A stretch of 64,000 bases of DNA from Chrysemys picta bellii. Its lineage: Eukaryota. Position numbers and translations under genes: made by a program. Each line of letters begins with the position of its first letter. Positions within the stretch are counted from its first letter, which is position 1. Below the pieces are notes generated by a model, which did not search any database, was not told where the DNA came from, and was given only the letters and a program-made list of their open reading frames with translations. The stretch lies in NCBI RefSeq assembly GCF_011386835.1, contig NC_088791.1, forward strand, positions 90,954,001-91,018,000. Reading direction: 5' to 3'. This document shows positions 36,261 through 49,000 of this stretch, in pieces.

Positions 36261-37914
36261 CTAAAAGATTCACCTGTGAAATAATCCTTTGGCCTATACT
36301 TTGTCAGCACAGCATTTAGTCTAAGAATAGTGGTATCATATTACAAGAATAACAGGAACAGGTAGTATGTTTCAATTAAAGTATTGTTATGTAGTAATTA
36401 TTATTTATTTGTATTACCATAGCTCAGAGGTAGTCAGGCAGACTGTGGGTCAAATCCGGACCGCCAGACGATTTTGAATGGACTACTTAATTTATTTACT
36501 ACTACTTATTGTTGTTGTGCTGTGAAAAATGTTTCTGCAGTCTGGACCTTGACCAGGAAATTTGGAACTTGACAAAAATAATAGATGCTACAGCAGGGGT
36601 AATCAAAGGAACTCTAGCCCTGGACAGGACCAGTTGTGCTCAGCGCTGAACAACCACAAAACAAAAAGATGGTCCCTGCTCCAAATTCATGGGATTAAGA
36701 CTTCTTCCACATATCCTTACCCATTCCTAAATAAAAACCATTATAGTGCTGTTCAGTTTCATAATTCTGCTAATTGTATGGATCAGTCAAATAATTCTGT
36801 GAGAAATGCAGGATGGGTTTTCTGCAGAGGCACAGAGGATTCTGTTTAAAAGAACACCAGACTCTTCAGTCTGAATTTTTTATGTCCTGTTGTTGGTAAG
36901 ATCCAACTTTTGTTTGCTTTGTTCATTTGACATTACCTTGTATGTAGTTTTTCACTGTTTCTCTCCTATAGTCTGTTCACTGACAAAACTTGCCTGGTGG
37001 CATTGAGTTTATTCTAGAAGGGCACACAAACTTGTGAAAACCTGGAAATGAAGAATGAAGGTACACTCCCAAACAACCTTAACTGGGGCTGCCAGTAGCC
37101 ACTAGGAATTATCTGCATGCACTCCAGCAGGATTCACTGTGTTTGGTGTAATTGTGCTGAATGGCAGAGGGGTTAGTTGGAGCAGCTTGGCAGAGCTGTG
37201 ATTGTGATGTGAGGCAATCTGTGGGGTCCATGCCTCTTTGTGAGGTATGAGCCCCTCTGTCTGATCCCCACATGTGTGATCAAAGGAAAGAGGTGCATGT
37301 GTATCATGAGATCCACTGTGTTTCATTTCAGTATTGTGGATTGTGTCAGCAGGGCACAAGGTGGTCTTCTTGCCAGGAAGTGTGTCAGCAGTTATGGGGG
37401 ATATGAGGTATGGACTCTGGGTTTAGTGATGGGTAAGTGACTTGTTTGTTAGATGGCATAGTGTGCATAAGAGTGAAGGGGTTGTAAAATTTGTTAGATA
37501 TGGTGATTTTTCTGTGGAGCAGTGTCAGGCTGATGTAAGTAGCTCCTGTTCAGTATAGTGCAAAGGCAGAGTGCAAGCGTGTGTGTGTGTGTGTGTTAGG
37601 GGCATATTGGGGCATCACTCAGAGGGCAGAGTTACAGTTGCATGGGTGTGTACACTTTTATTCTACCTGGTTTTCAGACATTTTAGTTTTGTGAAATTTG
37701 TTTGAAAGGGTGGGAGGTACCACCGGGCAACCTTAATTTTGAGCTAACAAGATTTTTTTGATAAATTTCCTGGAGTTTTATAACATGTTCTTGGAGTTAG
37801 TGGTCATTAAAGTAGTGGTTGTTGTGTAGGATTGCAGTTAAGATAACCTCTGTGGCCAGATGAAGATGGTATTTACATAACATGTTTCATCAGTCGTAAG
37901 GGGGGAAACGATCT

Positions 37915-37975
37915 TCCCATTGTACAAATGTGGAAATTGAAGCACAGAAGTGAAGTGACGTAGTAGGGGCTCGAT
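37915..37975 (-). mobile_element. MIR/CORE-SINE core fragment
   Basis: CCCATTGTACAAATGTGGAAATTGAAGCACAGAAGTGAAGTGAC resembles the CORE consensus CCCATTTTACAGATGGGGAAACTGAGGCACAGAG. Confidence 0.45.
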
Positions 37976-38114
37976 ACATCCATCTGGAGCAGTGGTTTTC
38001 AAACTTTTTAGGCTGTATATCTCTTTCCAAATAATGTAGTCTTCCACGTACCCCCATCTGAGATAGGCAGAAGTGACAAGTGCAGATTTCTGCCTTCCAT
38101 TTTGCAACAGCTTC

Positions 38115-38441
38115 TAGAGGTTTTCAAACTGTGGGTCATGCCCCCCTAGGGGGTCACAGAAGAGTGTTCAGGAGGGTGAGTGGTGACACCAGCTGGCTTG
38201 GGCCATCCCAGCATGGCATCTCCACTCCTTGACTCACCTCAGTGGGCCACCCAGCCTGTCCGGGTTGGTGGGGTGCAACCAAAAACTGTAACTCAAAAGG
38301 GGACTCAGCTAAAAAGTTTGAAAATTGGAGGTGGCATTCTCTCCGTGAGCTGAGCCCCACCTTGCATTGCCAGCATGAGCCCCCCTGAACGTTCCTGCAT
38401 GCTCCCTTTGTGGGGTATGCCCCTCAGTTTGAAAACCTCTG
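38115..38441. mobile_element. hAT (Charlie-like) MITE
   Basis: TIR TAGAGGTTTTCAAACTG / CAGTTTGAAAACCTCTG. TSD not evident. Confidence 0.65.
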
Positions 38442-39163
38442 ATTCTGAGTCACACAGCAGAAAGGAAACATACTGATCTGGAGCATAGGAGGCTCAATGA
38501 GGTGTGAAGTGACAATTCATCTCAATGGGATGTTCTCAGCTGAATGAGAACACCCCATGGAGATGAATACAGTCTGGAACTATAGCTTTGAGATGTGTGA
38601 ACTGCTCCATTTATCACAGTAGGTGTCAATATATCCCAGCCTGCCTCCCCTCCCCCCCACTCCAATGCTTGAGAATCTGATATGCATCAATCATGCCTGT
38701 GTCAACTCTCACCCTAGTCTCAGCAGTGTGATCTTGGTGCATGCTCCCAGAGTCCCAGCATGTCTGTTTACAGCTTCCAACCCTGAGGAGCAGGCATTCT
38801 CCAGATGTGATCTCACAAATGAGGGCAGGAAGATGGACTCCAAGCCATTCAGAGGAGCAATGCTTCCCCAGATGCCAGCTCACATGGGGGGTTGTAAGGG
38901 AGAGGAGATCAGACCTCTCCAGAGTGGTCCCTCATATCCCAGGTCATATGATGGCCAGAGAGGGGCATGGGCCCCTCCAGGTCCTGGCACATGCACATGG
39001 GGTAAGGAGAGGAGCTCAGACCTTCTCCTGAAGGCGAGGTCACCCCAGATCCCAGCAAACATCTGGGAATGCTGGAAGAGGTTCGCAGACACCCACAGAT
39101 CTTGCAGATGCACAGGGACAGGGGCTTTGATTTCTTCTGCCACCCCAACCAATGGGCAAGAGC

Positions 39164-39651
39164 TAGGGTTGCCAGGAGTCTGTTTTTTGACTGGAATGCC
39201 CGGTCAAAAATGGACTCTGGCGGCTCCGGTCAGCACTGCTGACCGGGCCGTTAAAAGTCCATTCAGTGGCACAACGGGCCTAAGGCAGGCTCTCTGCCTG
39301 CCCTGACGCCGCATGGCTCCCTAAGCGGCCGACATGTCCCTCTGGCTCCTAGGTGCAGGGGCGGCCAAGGAGGCTCCACACACTGCCCCCGCCCTGAGTG
39401 CTGGGAACCATGGCCAATGGGAGCTGCGGGGGCAGCGCCTGCAGGGACATGCTGGCCGCTTCTGGGAGCTGCCTGAGGTAAGCGCTGCCCAGAGCCTGTA
39501 CCCTGAACTCCCTTCCGCACCCCAATCTCCTGCCCCAGCCTGGTGAAAGTGAGCGAGGGTGGGGGAGAGTGAATGATGGGGGTGTGTGTGGAGTGAGCTA
39601 GGGGGTGGGGCCAGGGTGTTCGATTTTCTGCAGTCAAATCCTGGCTCCCTC
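39164..39651. mobile_element. hAT-like MITE
   Basis: TAGGGTTGCCAGG start, decayed CCTGGCTCCCT end and GC-rich core. Confidence 0.6.
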
Positions 39652-39836
39652 TTGGGGGACAGGAAGAGGAGCTCAGATGCCCCTCACATGAGGGTGGTGG
39701 CAAGGAGAGGGGCTAAAACTTCCTTCCATAAGCAGGGCTCTCATGGATCCTGGTGCATACACAAGAGGGGAGAATGTGGGACTGACAGGTCCCCCCCTGA
39801 CCTGAGTGCTACCTCTCCTCCCCTTAAATCCCCTAA

Positions 39837-42800
39837 TTCTTCTTTGAGTGCTTGCTCATATCGATTCCAATTAGATGTGTGCATGCCACGTGCACAGTTG
39901 TAGGAAAGTTTTTCCCCTAGCAGCACCCGTCGGGTTGGCTGTGGAGCCCCCTGGAGTGGCACCTTTGTGGTGCTCAATATATGACCCTGCTGACCTGGTA
40001 CCTCCTCAGTTCCTTCTCATCGCCAGTGACGGTCGCTGGAACTGTGGCATGTTGCTTTGCAAGCTGTCCACATTTCCCTAGCTTCTGTTTGGACTTTTTG
40101 TATTTTGTAGTTGTTTAGTTCTTGGTTAGTTCTTAGTTGTTATAGTTAGTAGTTAGCTAGCTGTTGGCCTGGGGGGTTTACCCTCTACCCCGACTGAATT
40201 CTCCTTGCGGGACTTACGTGCCTAAGTCCCAGTGGTTCAAGCCCTGCAAGTCCTACGAGAAGCCCATCCCAACGGGTGACCCCCCACAGCGCTTGCTTAA
40301 AGTGTCTGGGGGAAGCACATCAAGCAGACAAGTGCAGGATTTATAAAGGGTTTCACCCCAGAACAAAAAAGGAGCAAGACTTTCGCCTCAACAGCGCCTT
40401 GTGGAGATGGCACTCAGACCGCAACCTTCATCGGCGCTGCAAGGCCCGGTACCGAGCTCATTGGTGCACAGTGCCCCAGCAGCAGTGGTAGAAGCAGCAC
40501 TGCGGAAGGACTCTGGGAGACACCCATGGCACTGTTGCTCCCCAGCGCCAAAACCAGCAGGATCAACCCGGCATCGGTGCCATTCACCAATGCAGAAGCG
40601 GCGGAAGCAGGGGAGAAGTGGATCTCAGACTCAGAGACCCATCCCTTTGGAGCTGGCCAGTGGGGCACGTCCTCGAGAGGTGCACCCAGTGCCGAAGTCT
40701 TTGGAGCCGGCACCGTTGACTTCGGCTCTGCAAGGAGTTGAGTCCGGTGCTGTTGGACTCCCCCCGAGCCAGGTCATCAAGGAGGTGGAATTGCCCTCCA
40801 CCCCGGACACCTTTGAGGCCGCAAGGCACCTCATTGCCATGACAGCACCGCGGTCCCTGGTCCTTTGCGCCAAGCCCCTGGTACTGCATCGTGTGGCACC
40901 GTCTCGGGGCAAACTGGTGATGCTCTGTCTCTCAGCACTGCTGCTCCCAATAGTGATGCCGATCCTCGCATCGATCTCTGTTGTGCAGCAGGTCCCGCTC
41001 CTGGCACCGGTCAGCGTCCCCGCACAGATCCCAATCTCGACACTGCTCCCCTAGCCTCGCAACACTGCTCATTAATCCAGGTCCACTTGGCACTGCCCTG
41101 GCCATCACAGTCCCGGTCCCCATCTTCGGACTTGGAGACAGGGTCTAGATACTCAGAGCGGGACCAGCAGAACAACAAGCCCCAGCGCCTAAGTCAAAGG
41201 ACGCCAAGCACCTAGATTTATTTGGGCGTAAAGTGTATTCTATAGGGGGGTTGCAACTCAGGATTGCCAACCAGCACACAATTCTGAGTCGAAACAGCTT
41301 CAACTCCTTGAACTCGATGCCCAAGTTTAAGGAGCTGGTGCCAACAGAGTCTGGGGAGGAGTTTAGAGCGATAGTGGAGGAGGGCAAGGTGGTGGCACGG
41401 ACCTCTTTACAGGCCTCACTGGATGCTGCGGACTCAGTGGTGCGCACCTTGTCCTCCCAAATCGCTATGAGGCGTAGCTCATGGCTGCAGGCTTCTGGAC
41501 TCTTTCCCCCCCTGCCCCCTCCCCAGGTTCAACAGACCATGCAGGATCTGCCTTTTGATGGGGCAGGTCTGTTTGCAGAGCAAACTGACTCTAGGCTGCA
41601 TAGCCTAAAGGACTCCAGGGCTACCATGAAATCCTTGGGTATGCACACCCCGGCAACCCAACGCAAACATTTCAAGCCTCAGCAGCAGTGCTCCTATCCT
41701 CCTCGGCCAAGGCAGGACTTTTATAGGAGAAGGGGCAGGAATGGCAGATGAAAGCCTTCCAACCCCTCGGGCAGGGCCAGGGTCCGACTAAACCATCGTC
41801 GGGTTCCAAGGAGTCCTTTTGAAGGTGTGCTCGAGGACGGCGCACCAGCCTCAATTCCGGATCCTTCCCCATCTTTCTTGAATGTCCCACTTCTATCATG
41901 CTTGGTCCCAAATAACTTCGGACCGCTGGGTTCTCCATATGGTAGAAGTGGGATATTTTCTCTCCAGTTCTGCTCCTGCCCTCCCTCCCGCCCTCCTTTC
42001 CCATCCCTTTTCTCACGAGCAACTCCTTATCCAGGAGGTGCAGGCGCTCCTTGCCATGGACGTGGTGGAGGAGGTTCCTCAGCGGCAAGGGATTCTGTAC
42101 CTGATACTTCCTAATCCCCAAAGCCAAAGGGGAGGGAGGGGGTCTCGGACCCATTCTAGATTTGCGAGGACTCAACAAGTTCATGGTAAAGTTGAAGTTC
42201 TGCATGGTCTCCGTGGGCACAATTATCCCTTCTCTGGATCGGAGAGACTGGTACGCCGCCCTCGACATGAAAGACACGTACTTCCATATAGCTATTCGGC
42301 CTGTACACAGGCGATTCCTACTCCTCGTGGTCAACCACAAACATCAATTCACAGTCCTTCCATTTGGCCTCTCAACAGCCCCCCAAGTGTTCACCAAGTG
42401 CATGTTGGTTGTGGCCGCTTTCCCGTTGGAGGCAGGTGCAGGTATACCCCTACCTCAATGACTGGCTGCTAAGGGGCCATACCAGGGGGCAGGTGGAGTC
42501 TCAAATCCAATTGGTCAGGTCCACATTCGAGAGACTAGGTGTTCTCCTCAACTCAAGGAAGTCAACCTTGGAACCGACCCAAAGAATTGAATTCATTGGG
42601 GCCGTGTTGGACTCGGTTCAGGCAAGGACATTTTTGCCAGGGTCCCGATTCCAAGCCATCACAGAGATCGTTCAAGACCTCCAGCAATACCTGACCACTT
42701 CAGCATGGGGATGCCTGAGTCTCCTTGGCCACATGGCAGCCTGCACTTACATCACCCGGCACTCCAAATGAAGCTCAGGCCTCTACAGGCTTGGCTCGCT

Positions 42801-43305
42801 TCAGCCTACCACCTGGGATGCGACAGCCTGAATTCAGTGTTCACAGTGCCGGGACAGGTGCTCGAGTCCCTTCAGTGGTGGCTCAACCCTCAGTCTGTAG
42901 GCGAAGGAGTCCCCTTCAACAGCCCTCAGCCCTCCTTGTCCCTGGTAATGGACGCGTCGGCTTTGGGATGGGGTGCGCATTTGGGAGACCGCCAAACGTG
43001 GGGCCTTTGGTCACAGGATGAGCTCTTCCTTCATATCAACGTCAAGGAGCTGAGGGCAGTGCGACTAGCATGTCAGATCTTTCAGGCCTGACTACAAGGT
43101 CAGTGTGTAGCAGTTCTGATGGACAACACCAGGGCCATGTTTTACATCAAGAAGCAGAGTGGAGCCCGGTCCTCTCCCCTATGTTGGGAAGCCCTCCGGC
43201 TGTGGGAGTTCTGCATAGCCCACTCCATTCACCTGGAAGCATCCTATCTACCAGGAGTTCAGAATGCACTGGCGGACCACCTCAGCAGGTCCTTCTGCAA
43301 TCACG
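39837..43305 (+). mobile_element. DIRS-like tyrosine-recombinase retrotransposon, 3'-truncated (left terminus, gag-like ORF1, RT, RNase H), frameshifted
   Basis: DPHSACLKCLGEAH (ORF 40276). The gag-like block 41233..41751 reads EEGKVVARTSLQASLDAAD...QDLPFDG. RT motifs are ILDLRGLN, ALDMKDTYFH, LPFGLSTAPQVFTK and YPYLNDW. RNase H motifs are MDASALGWGAH, HINVKELRAV, DNTRAM and NALADHLSR. No YR domain follows. Confidence 0.92.
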
Positions 43306-44135
43306 TGTGGCCAGATGTCCTGGCATGGAGGACCATGTAAGTAAACACTGCCATGTGGCCCACAGGCACAGGCAGACCTTGGCTGTAGTCAGAAGGAACA
43401 CAGAGACTTCTGCAATGAGGTTCGCTATCGTGTGGAACCTTTCCAGCTGCAGGACGCTCTGACGCAGATAGAGTTGAGGACCGCTCCAATGAACTCTATC
43501 CTCTGCACTGGCACCAACGTCAACCACAGCAGGCCCAGAGAGCAGCACGTGGCTTGAAGTACCGCAACATCCCTTCAAACTTGAGACCTGGAGCCACGCT
43601 TGATGAGCCAGTCATCGAGGTACAGGTAGATCTGGATACTTCAGTGCCTGAGGTAAGCCGCCACCACCAACATGCACTTGGTAAACACCCTCGGTGCTGT
43701 CGCCAGGCCGAACAGGAGGACGGTAAATTGGTAGTGGTGGGGCCCCACCATAAACCAGAGGAAGCATCTGTGTCCTTGAAAGATCGCTATGTGGAAGTAT
43801 GCATCCTTCTAGTTGAGGGTAGCATACCTGTCTCCCGGATCCAGAGAGGGGATAATAGAAGCCAGAGAGACCACTTTAGCTTCTATAGGTACTTGTTGAA
43901 GTCTCCTTAGGCGCCGATTCTGCGGGGCTGGAGTGGTGCAAGCACACACGGGGCAGAGGGGAAGTCGGTGCCTATCGAGGTCTCGCAGGTCCAGGATAGT
44001 CCGTATACCGCCCTTGGCCTTTGGGATTAAAAAGTACCGGGAATAGAACCCTTTGTTCTTACACTCGAGAGGAACTTCTTCCACCACACCCAGCTGTAGT
44101 AATTCCTTTAACTTGGGGAGGGGCCAGGGAGGGGC
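43306..44135 (-). mobile_element. Second, diverged DIRS RT fragment in opposite orientation
   Basis: ORF 43809..44138(-) LLQLGVVEEVP...FYSRYFLIPKAKGGIRTILDLRDL, then IIPSLDPGD and GHMA. Confidence 0.88.
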
Positions 44136-44162
44136 CACTGACAGGAGATGTCCTGTTTCTCA

Positions 44163-44735
44163 AGCCTGATCTACACTAAAGAGTTAAGTTGATGTAAGGT
44201 AGTCAACCTAATTGTGTAAGCGTCTACACTACAAAGTTCCTCCTGCTGATTTAATTTGCCAGCTATGCCAAGCTTCACCTTTGCGAGAGGCATAGCACTT
44301 GGGTCGATGTACACCTCTACCCTAATATAATGCTGTCTTATCGCGTTATAGGTGAAACCGCATTATATTGAACTTGCTTTGATCGCTGGAGTGCGCAGCC
44401 CTGCCCCCCGGAGCACCGCTTTACCACGTTATATCCGAATTCATGTTATATTGGGTCGCGTTATATCGGGGTAGAGGTGTAGTTAGTTGATGTAGTGTTA
44501 GTATAGACACTGCATTGCTTATGTTGCCTGTTGCTGCCTTTGATGGCCGGAGACCCAGGCTGGTGGGGCTCTGTCCATCAATGCCTCACTCAACTCAGTG
44601 CAAGTGCTCATGGGGGGGGACATGCACCACCGACAGAAGGAGCATAATGTGGACACAAACAGCTGATTTAATTACTGCAGTGCCTGTAGGTTGACCCAAC
44701 TTAAATCATTTAATTGTTGTAGTGTAGACATGCCC
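44163..44735. mobile_element. Harbinger-type MITE containing a nested insertion
   Basis: AGCCTGATCTACACT...AGTGTAGACATGCCC ends. Confidence 0.65.
44312..44479. mobile_element. Tc1/mariner (Tigger-like) MITE nested in the Harbinger MITE
   Basis: TIR CACCTCTACCC-ATATAA / TTATATCGGGGTAGAGGTG, with TA duplicated at 44310-11 and 44480-81. Confidence 0.85.
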
Positions 44736-45074
44736 TTCATTTCCTTTGTGTCTGTGTGCCTTACTCTAAAGCCTGAGGATGGGTTGGATAAGTTTGTCTC
44801 CATGTTGCCTCCCCCATTTGCGCACTGGTGGAGGGTAGCTAGGATGTCAGAAGCAATAGGCCCTTATGTAGATTGCATGTTCATTTTTAATTCTGAAAAG
44901 GACAATACACACAAACTTGTTCAGCTAGCAACAAATGTCAGGCTTCTGCTGAAATATAAGACTGAATTCCATACCAGTTCTGCGGTTAGATCTCATGACT
45001 CCTTCTCAAGGACTGAGAGATGAATACTGAGATATATAGGGAAACTTCCTTGAAATGTAACTTCATGGGATGGT

Positions 45075-45255
45075 GATGTGAATATAGGTGGTTTATACCA
45101 GGTATTTAAGAAGTATATTTTTGGCTTTTTAAAAAAATGGTCTGTTAACTTTATCCAAGCCAATATAAAACATCTTTTTCTTGGTATGCGGTGAAGCTGT
45201 AGGCTGCTGCTCAAGTAGAGGTGGATAGCTGCAGTCTACCTGGACGTGACTTTCC
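45075..45255 (+). repeat. Copy 2 of the unclassified ~175-bp duplicated block
   Basis: TAGAGGTGGATAGCTGCAGTCTACCTGGAC at 45216-45245 is identical to 36222-36251. Confidence 0.8.
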
Positions 45256-46050
45256 ATCTATTAGAACCAAGCAAGCTTTGGCTGGGAGTCTAGGTTGGGG
45301 AATACAGTTATTTTCTTGGAGTGCTGCTTCTCATTCATGCGTCATCATAGGGATGCTTGGGTATAGTGAACAGAGATGTATTTGGGTGAGTTGTTGACTG
45401 TTCCTCTGCAGTTTCCCAGATAATTTTGATTTTAGGGCCCTTTTTGATCTTATCTCATTTACATCTGGACTGACTTCTAACAGAGGATGTTTGGAGGGAG
45501 GCTTCTGGGTCTCCGGATATTTTTTCTTACTATAGGTCTCAATAATTTAAGATAATTTATATAATTTTTGCCATTAGTTCAGACTTCCACAATAGTAACA
45601 AAATACAGTTACTCCACTCTGAGCGTCTCCTGGCCTGTAGGGGATAATTTAGGGGTGGGAGTCAGTGTTACTGAAATAGGAGTCGTTCTCCCACTTGAAT
45701 TGGTTTAGCGAAATGTTTAGCCCTTCTGGGGGGCACAACCCAATTGCTGACAGTTGGAAGGAGCCTTTATAAAATGCATTAATGTTGGAATGCTGCTGTA
45801 ACTGCGTAGGGAGTGATGAACACTTTTGACTTCTCAGCACAAATGGGAATCCTGTTTCCTCAGTTACCGGGGTGGCTAAGGTGTTAAGCATTAATAGAGC
45901 TGGATGGTAGGAGAGGTGTTAAATTTGAATTACTGCTAAATATTATAGTTTAATTTTACTGATGATATGACTGGGAGACGTAAATTTGCTAACTTTTTTT
46001 CCCTTTTTTTCCAGGAGGGCTATCGAGGGGTCACTCTGGTGCTGAACAGC

Positions 46051-49000
46051 ATGCAGTCCTTTCGGGAGCAAAGCAGTTACCACGGAAACCAGCAGAGCTA
46101 CCCACAGGAAGTGCACGGGGCATCCCGGCTAGAAGAATTTAGCCCCCGTCAGCAGACCCAGATGTTCCAGAGCTTTGGAGGAGGTGCTGGCAGTGGGCGC
46201 CGGGGAGCAACAGGAGCATCTGCAGCAATGGCTGGTGAGAGCTCTGGGCACCAGAGCTACCAAGGTTTTAGAAAAGAAGCAGGAGAGTTTTACTACATGG
46301 CCTCCAACAAGGATACAGTGGCAGCAGGTGGGCAGCAGCCACCTCAGCGCAGGCCGTCTGGACCAGTGCAGAGCTATGGGCCACCCCAAGGAAGCAATTT
46401 TGGGAGCCAGTACGGGAGCGAGGGACATGTGGGCCAGTTCCAAACACAGCATTCAGCCCTTGGAGGTGTATCTCACTATCAGCAGGATTATACTGGTCCC
46501 TTCTCTCCAGGGAGTGCCCAGTATCAGCAGCAGGCTTCCAGCCAGCAGCAGCAGGTGCAACAGCTGAGACAGCAGCTCTATCAATCCCATCAGCCTTTAC
46601 CACAGGCATCCAGCCAGCCTGCGTCTAGCACCTCCCACTTGCAGCCAATGCAGCGTCCATCTGCCCTGCCTTCCTCTGCTTCTGGGTACCAGTTACGAGT
46701 GGGTCAATTCAGCCAACACTATCAACCCCCTGCTTCTTCCTCTTCCTCTTTCCCCTCCCCACAGCGTTTTGGGCAGTCTGGGCAGAACTATGATGGCAGT
46801 TACAGTGTGAATTCTGGTTCACAGTATGAAAGCCATGCTGTAGGTTCTAATTCACAGGGATATGGGACTCAATCTAATTACAACTTTCAGACTCAGCCAA
46901 TAAAAAGTTTTGACCAGTCTAAGATGCCCCAGGGTGGGCAGCAGGGGCAGCAGCAACAGCACCCCTCACAGCATGTAATGCAGTACTCAAATGCTGCCAC
47001 CAAGCTATCTCTTCAAAGTCAAGTGGGACAGTACAGCCAAGCTGAAGTCCCTGTGAGATCACCCATGCAGTTCCATCAGAACTTCAGTCCTATATCCAAC
47101 CCATCTCCAGCTGCCTCAGTGGTCCAGTCTCCAAGCTGCAGCTCTACCCCATCACCCCTCATGCCAAGTGGGGAAAACCTCCAGTGTGGGCAAGGCAATA
47201 TGTCGATAGGCTCTAGAAATCGAATTTTACAGATGATGCCTCAGCTTAGCCCAACACCATCCATGATGCCGAGCCCCAATGCTCATGGTGGAGGATTCAA
47301 GGGATTTGGGCTGGAAGGACTTCAGGAGAAGAGACTTACAGATCCAGGGCTGAGCAGCCTAAGTGCTTTAAGCTCTCAAGTGGCCAACCTTCCTAACACA
47401 GTCCAGCACATGTTACTTTCAGATGCCTTGGCACCTCAGAAAAAAAGTTCCAAAAGGTCATCGTCGTCTAAAAAAGCTGACAGTTGCACCAACTCAGAAG
47501 GCTCCTCCCAAGCAGAGGAGCAGCTTAAGTCTCCCCTGGCAGAGTCCCTCGATGGCGGCTGCTCTAGCAGTTCAGAGGACCATGGAGAGAGGGTCAGACA
47601 ACTGAGTGGCCAGAGCACTAGTTCTGACACTATCTACAATCGGGGTAACTTAGAGAGATCCAACTTGTCACCAGCACAAGGCTCTCAGAATGAGCCAGCC
47701 AAACTCAGTACCAGCCCTACAGTTAGGGAAGATGTGGGTTCCCCGGGTGAAAAGGAAGTCCTGATAGCAGTGGATGCCACCCCAAAAGTGAACGAAAAGA
47801 CAGTTGGGGTGATAGTCTCTCGGGAGGCCATGACAGGCCGAGTAGAAAAATCAGGCGGGCAGGATAAATCCTCACAAGACGATGCTCCTCCAGCTACCCA
47901 AGCGCCTCCTGGTGCCAGTGGAATAAAAGAAACTGGGCAGGTGTTACCACAGTCAGAGCCTCAAGGAGGGAGCAAAGGGAGTAAGAGTGGGGAAAACAAT
48001 ACTAACCACAATGGAGAGGGAAACAGCCAGCCTGGCCATGCAATCATTGGCTCAAGTTTTCCTGGCAGAACAGAACCTTCCAAATCGCCTGGCAGTTTGA
48101 GGTACAGCTATAAGGACAACCTTGGGGCTGGCATGCAGAGAAATATTGGTGGCTTTCCTCAGTATCCTTCAGAAAAAGGGGATTTTCCAGGGCATAGTGA
48201 GCGAAAGGGCAGGAATGAGAAGTTTCCCAGTCTTCTGCAGGAGGTCTTGCAGGGTTATCACCACCACCCAGACAGAAGATATGCTAGGAATGCACAAGAA
48301 CATCCAGGCATGGCTGGAAGCCTGGAAGGAGCCATGAGGCCCAACATTCTAATTAGTCAAACCAATGAATTAACCAATAGGAGTCTCCTAAATAAAAGCA
48401 TAGGGTCTCTCCTGGAAAGTCCTCACTGGGGCCCCTGGGATAGGAAATCCAGTGGCACAGCTCCGGAGATAAAACAGATCAATCTGGCTGACTATCCTAT
48501 CCCTAGAAAGTTTGAGATAGAGTCACAGTCTTCAGCCCATGAAGGGGGAACACTCTCAGAGAGAAGATCCGTGATCTGTGACATATCTCCATTAAGGCAG
48601 CTTGTCAGAGATCCTGGGCCTCACCCAATGGGTCACATAGGTGCTGAGGCCAGAAGTGGGAGGAGTGAACGTCTCACTCCTGGTTTAGGCCAGTCAGTCA
48701 TCCTCCCTGGTGGCCTGGTGTCCATGGAAACCAAGTTGAAGTCTCATAGTGGGCAAATAAAAGAGGAAGATTTTGAACAGGCCAAGACCTCAGTCAATCT
48801 CAACAGTAAAAAATCAGGAGACCATTGTCATCCTGCCAATGTTAAGCATGAGTCTTTCCGAGGCAGTGCCAACCCTGGAGCTGCAGCCCCTGATTCTACT
48901 CCAGACTACGTCTCCCAGCAGGACAGCAGATCAACACAGCTAAGACGAGCACCTGGAAGAATGGGAAGCAGCAGAGAGGGCATGAGGGGTAAATCACCTT

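Noticed and set aside
45967-46050. N-terminal extension [11 protein letters not shown]... in the ORF track
   Set aside because: The ATG at 45967 lies upstream of the branch point, polypyrimidine tract and acceptor (46014), so it is intronic. The recognisable TCF20 start is 46051.
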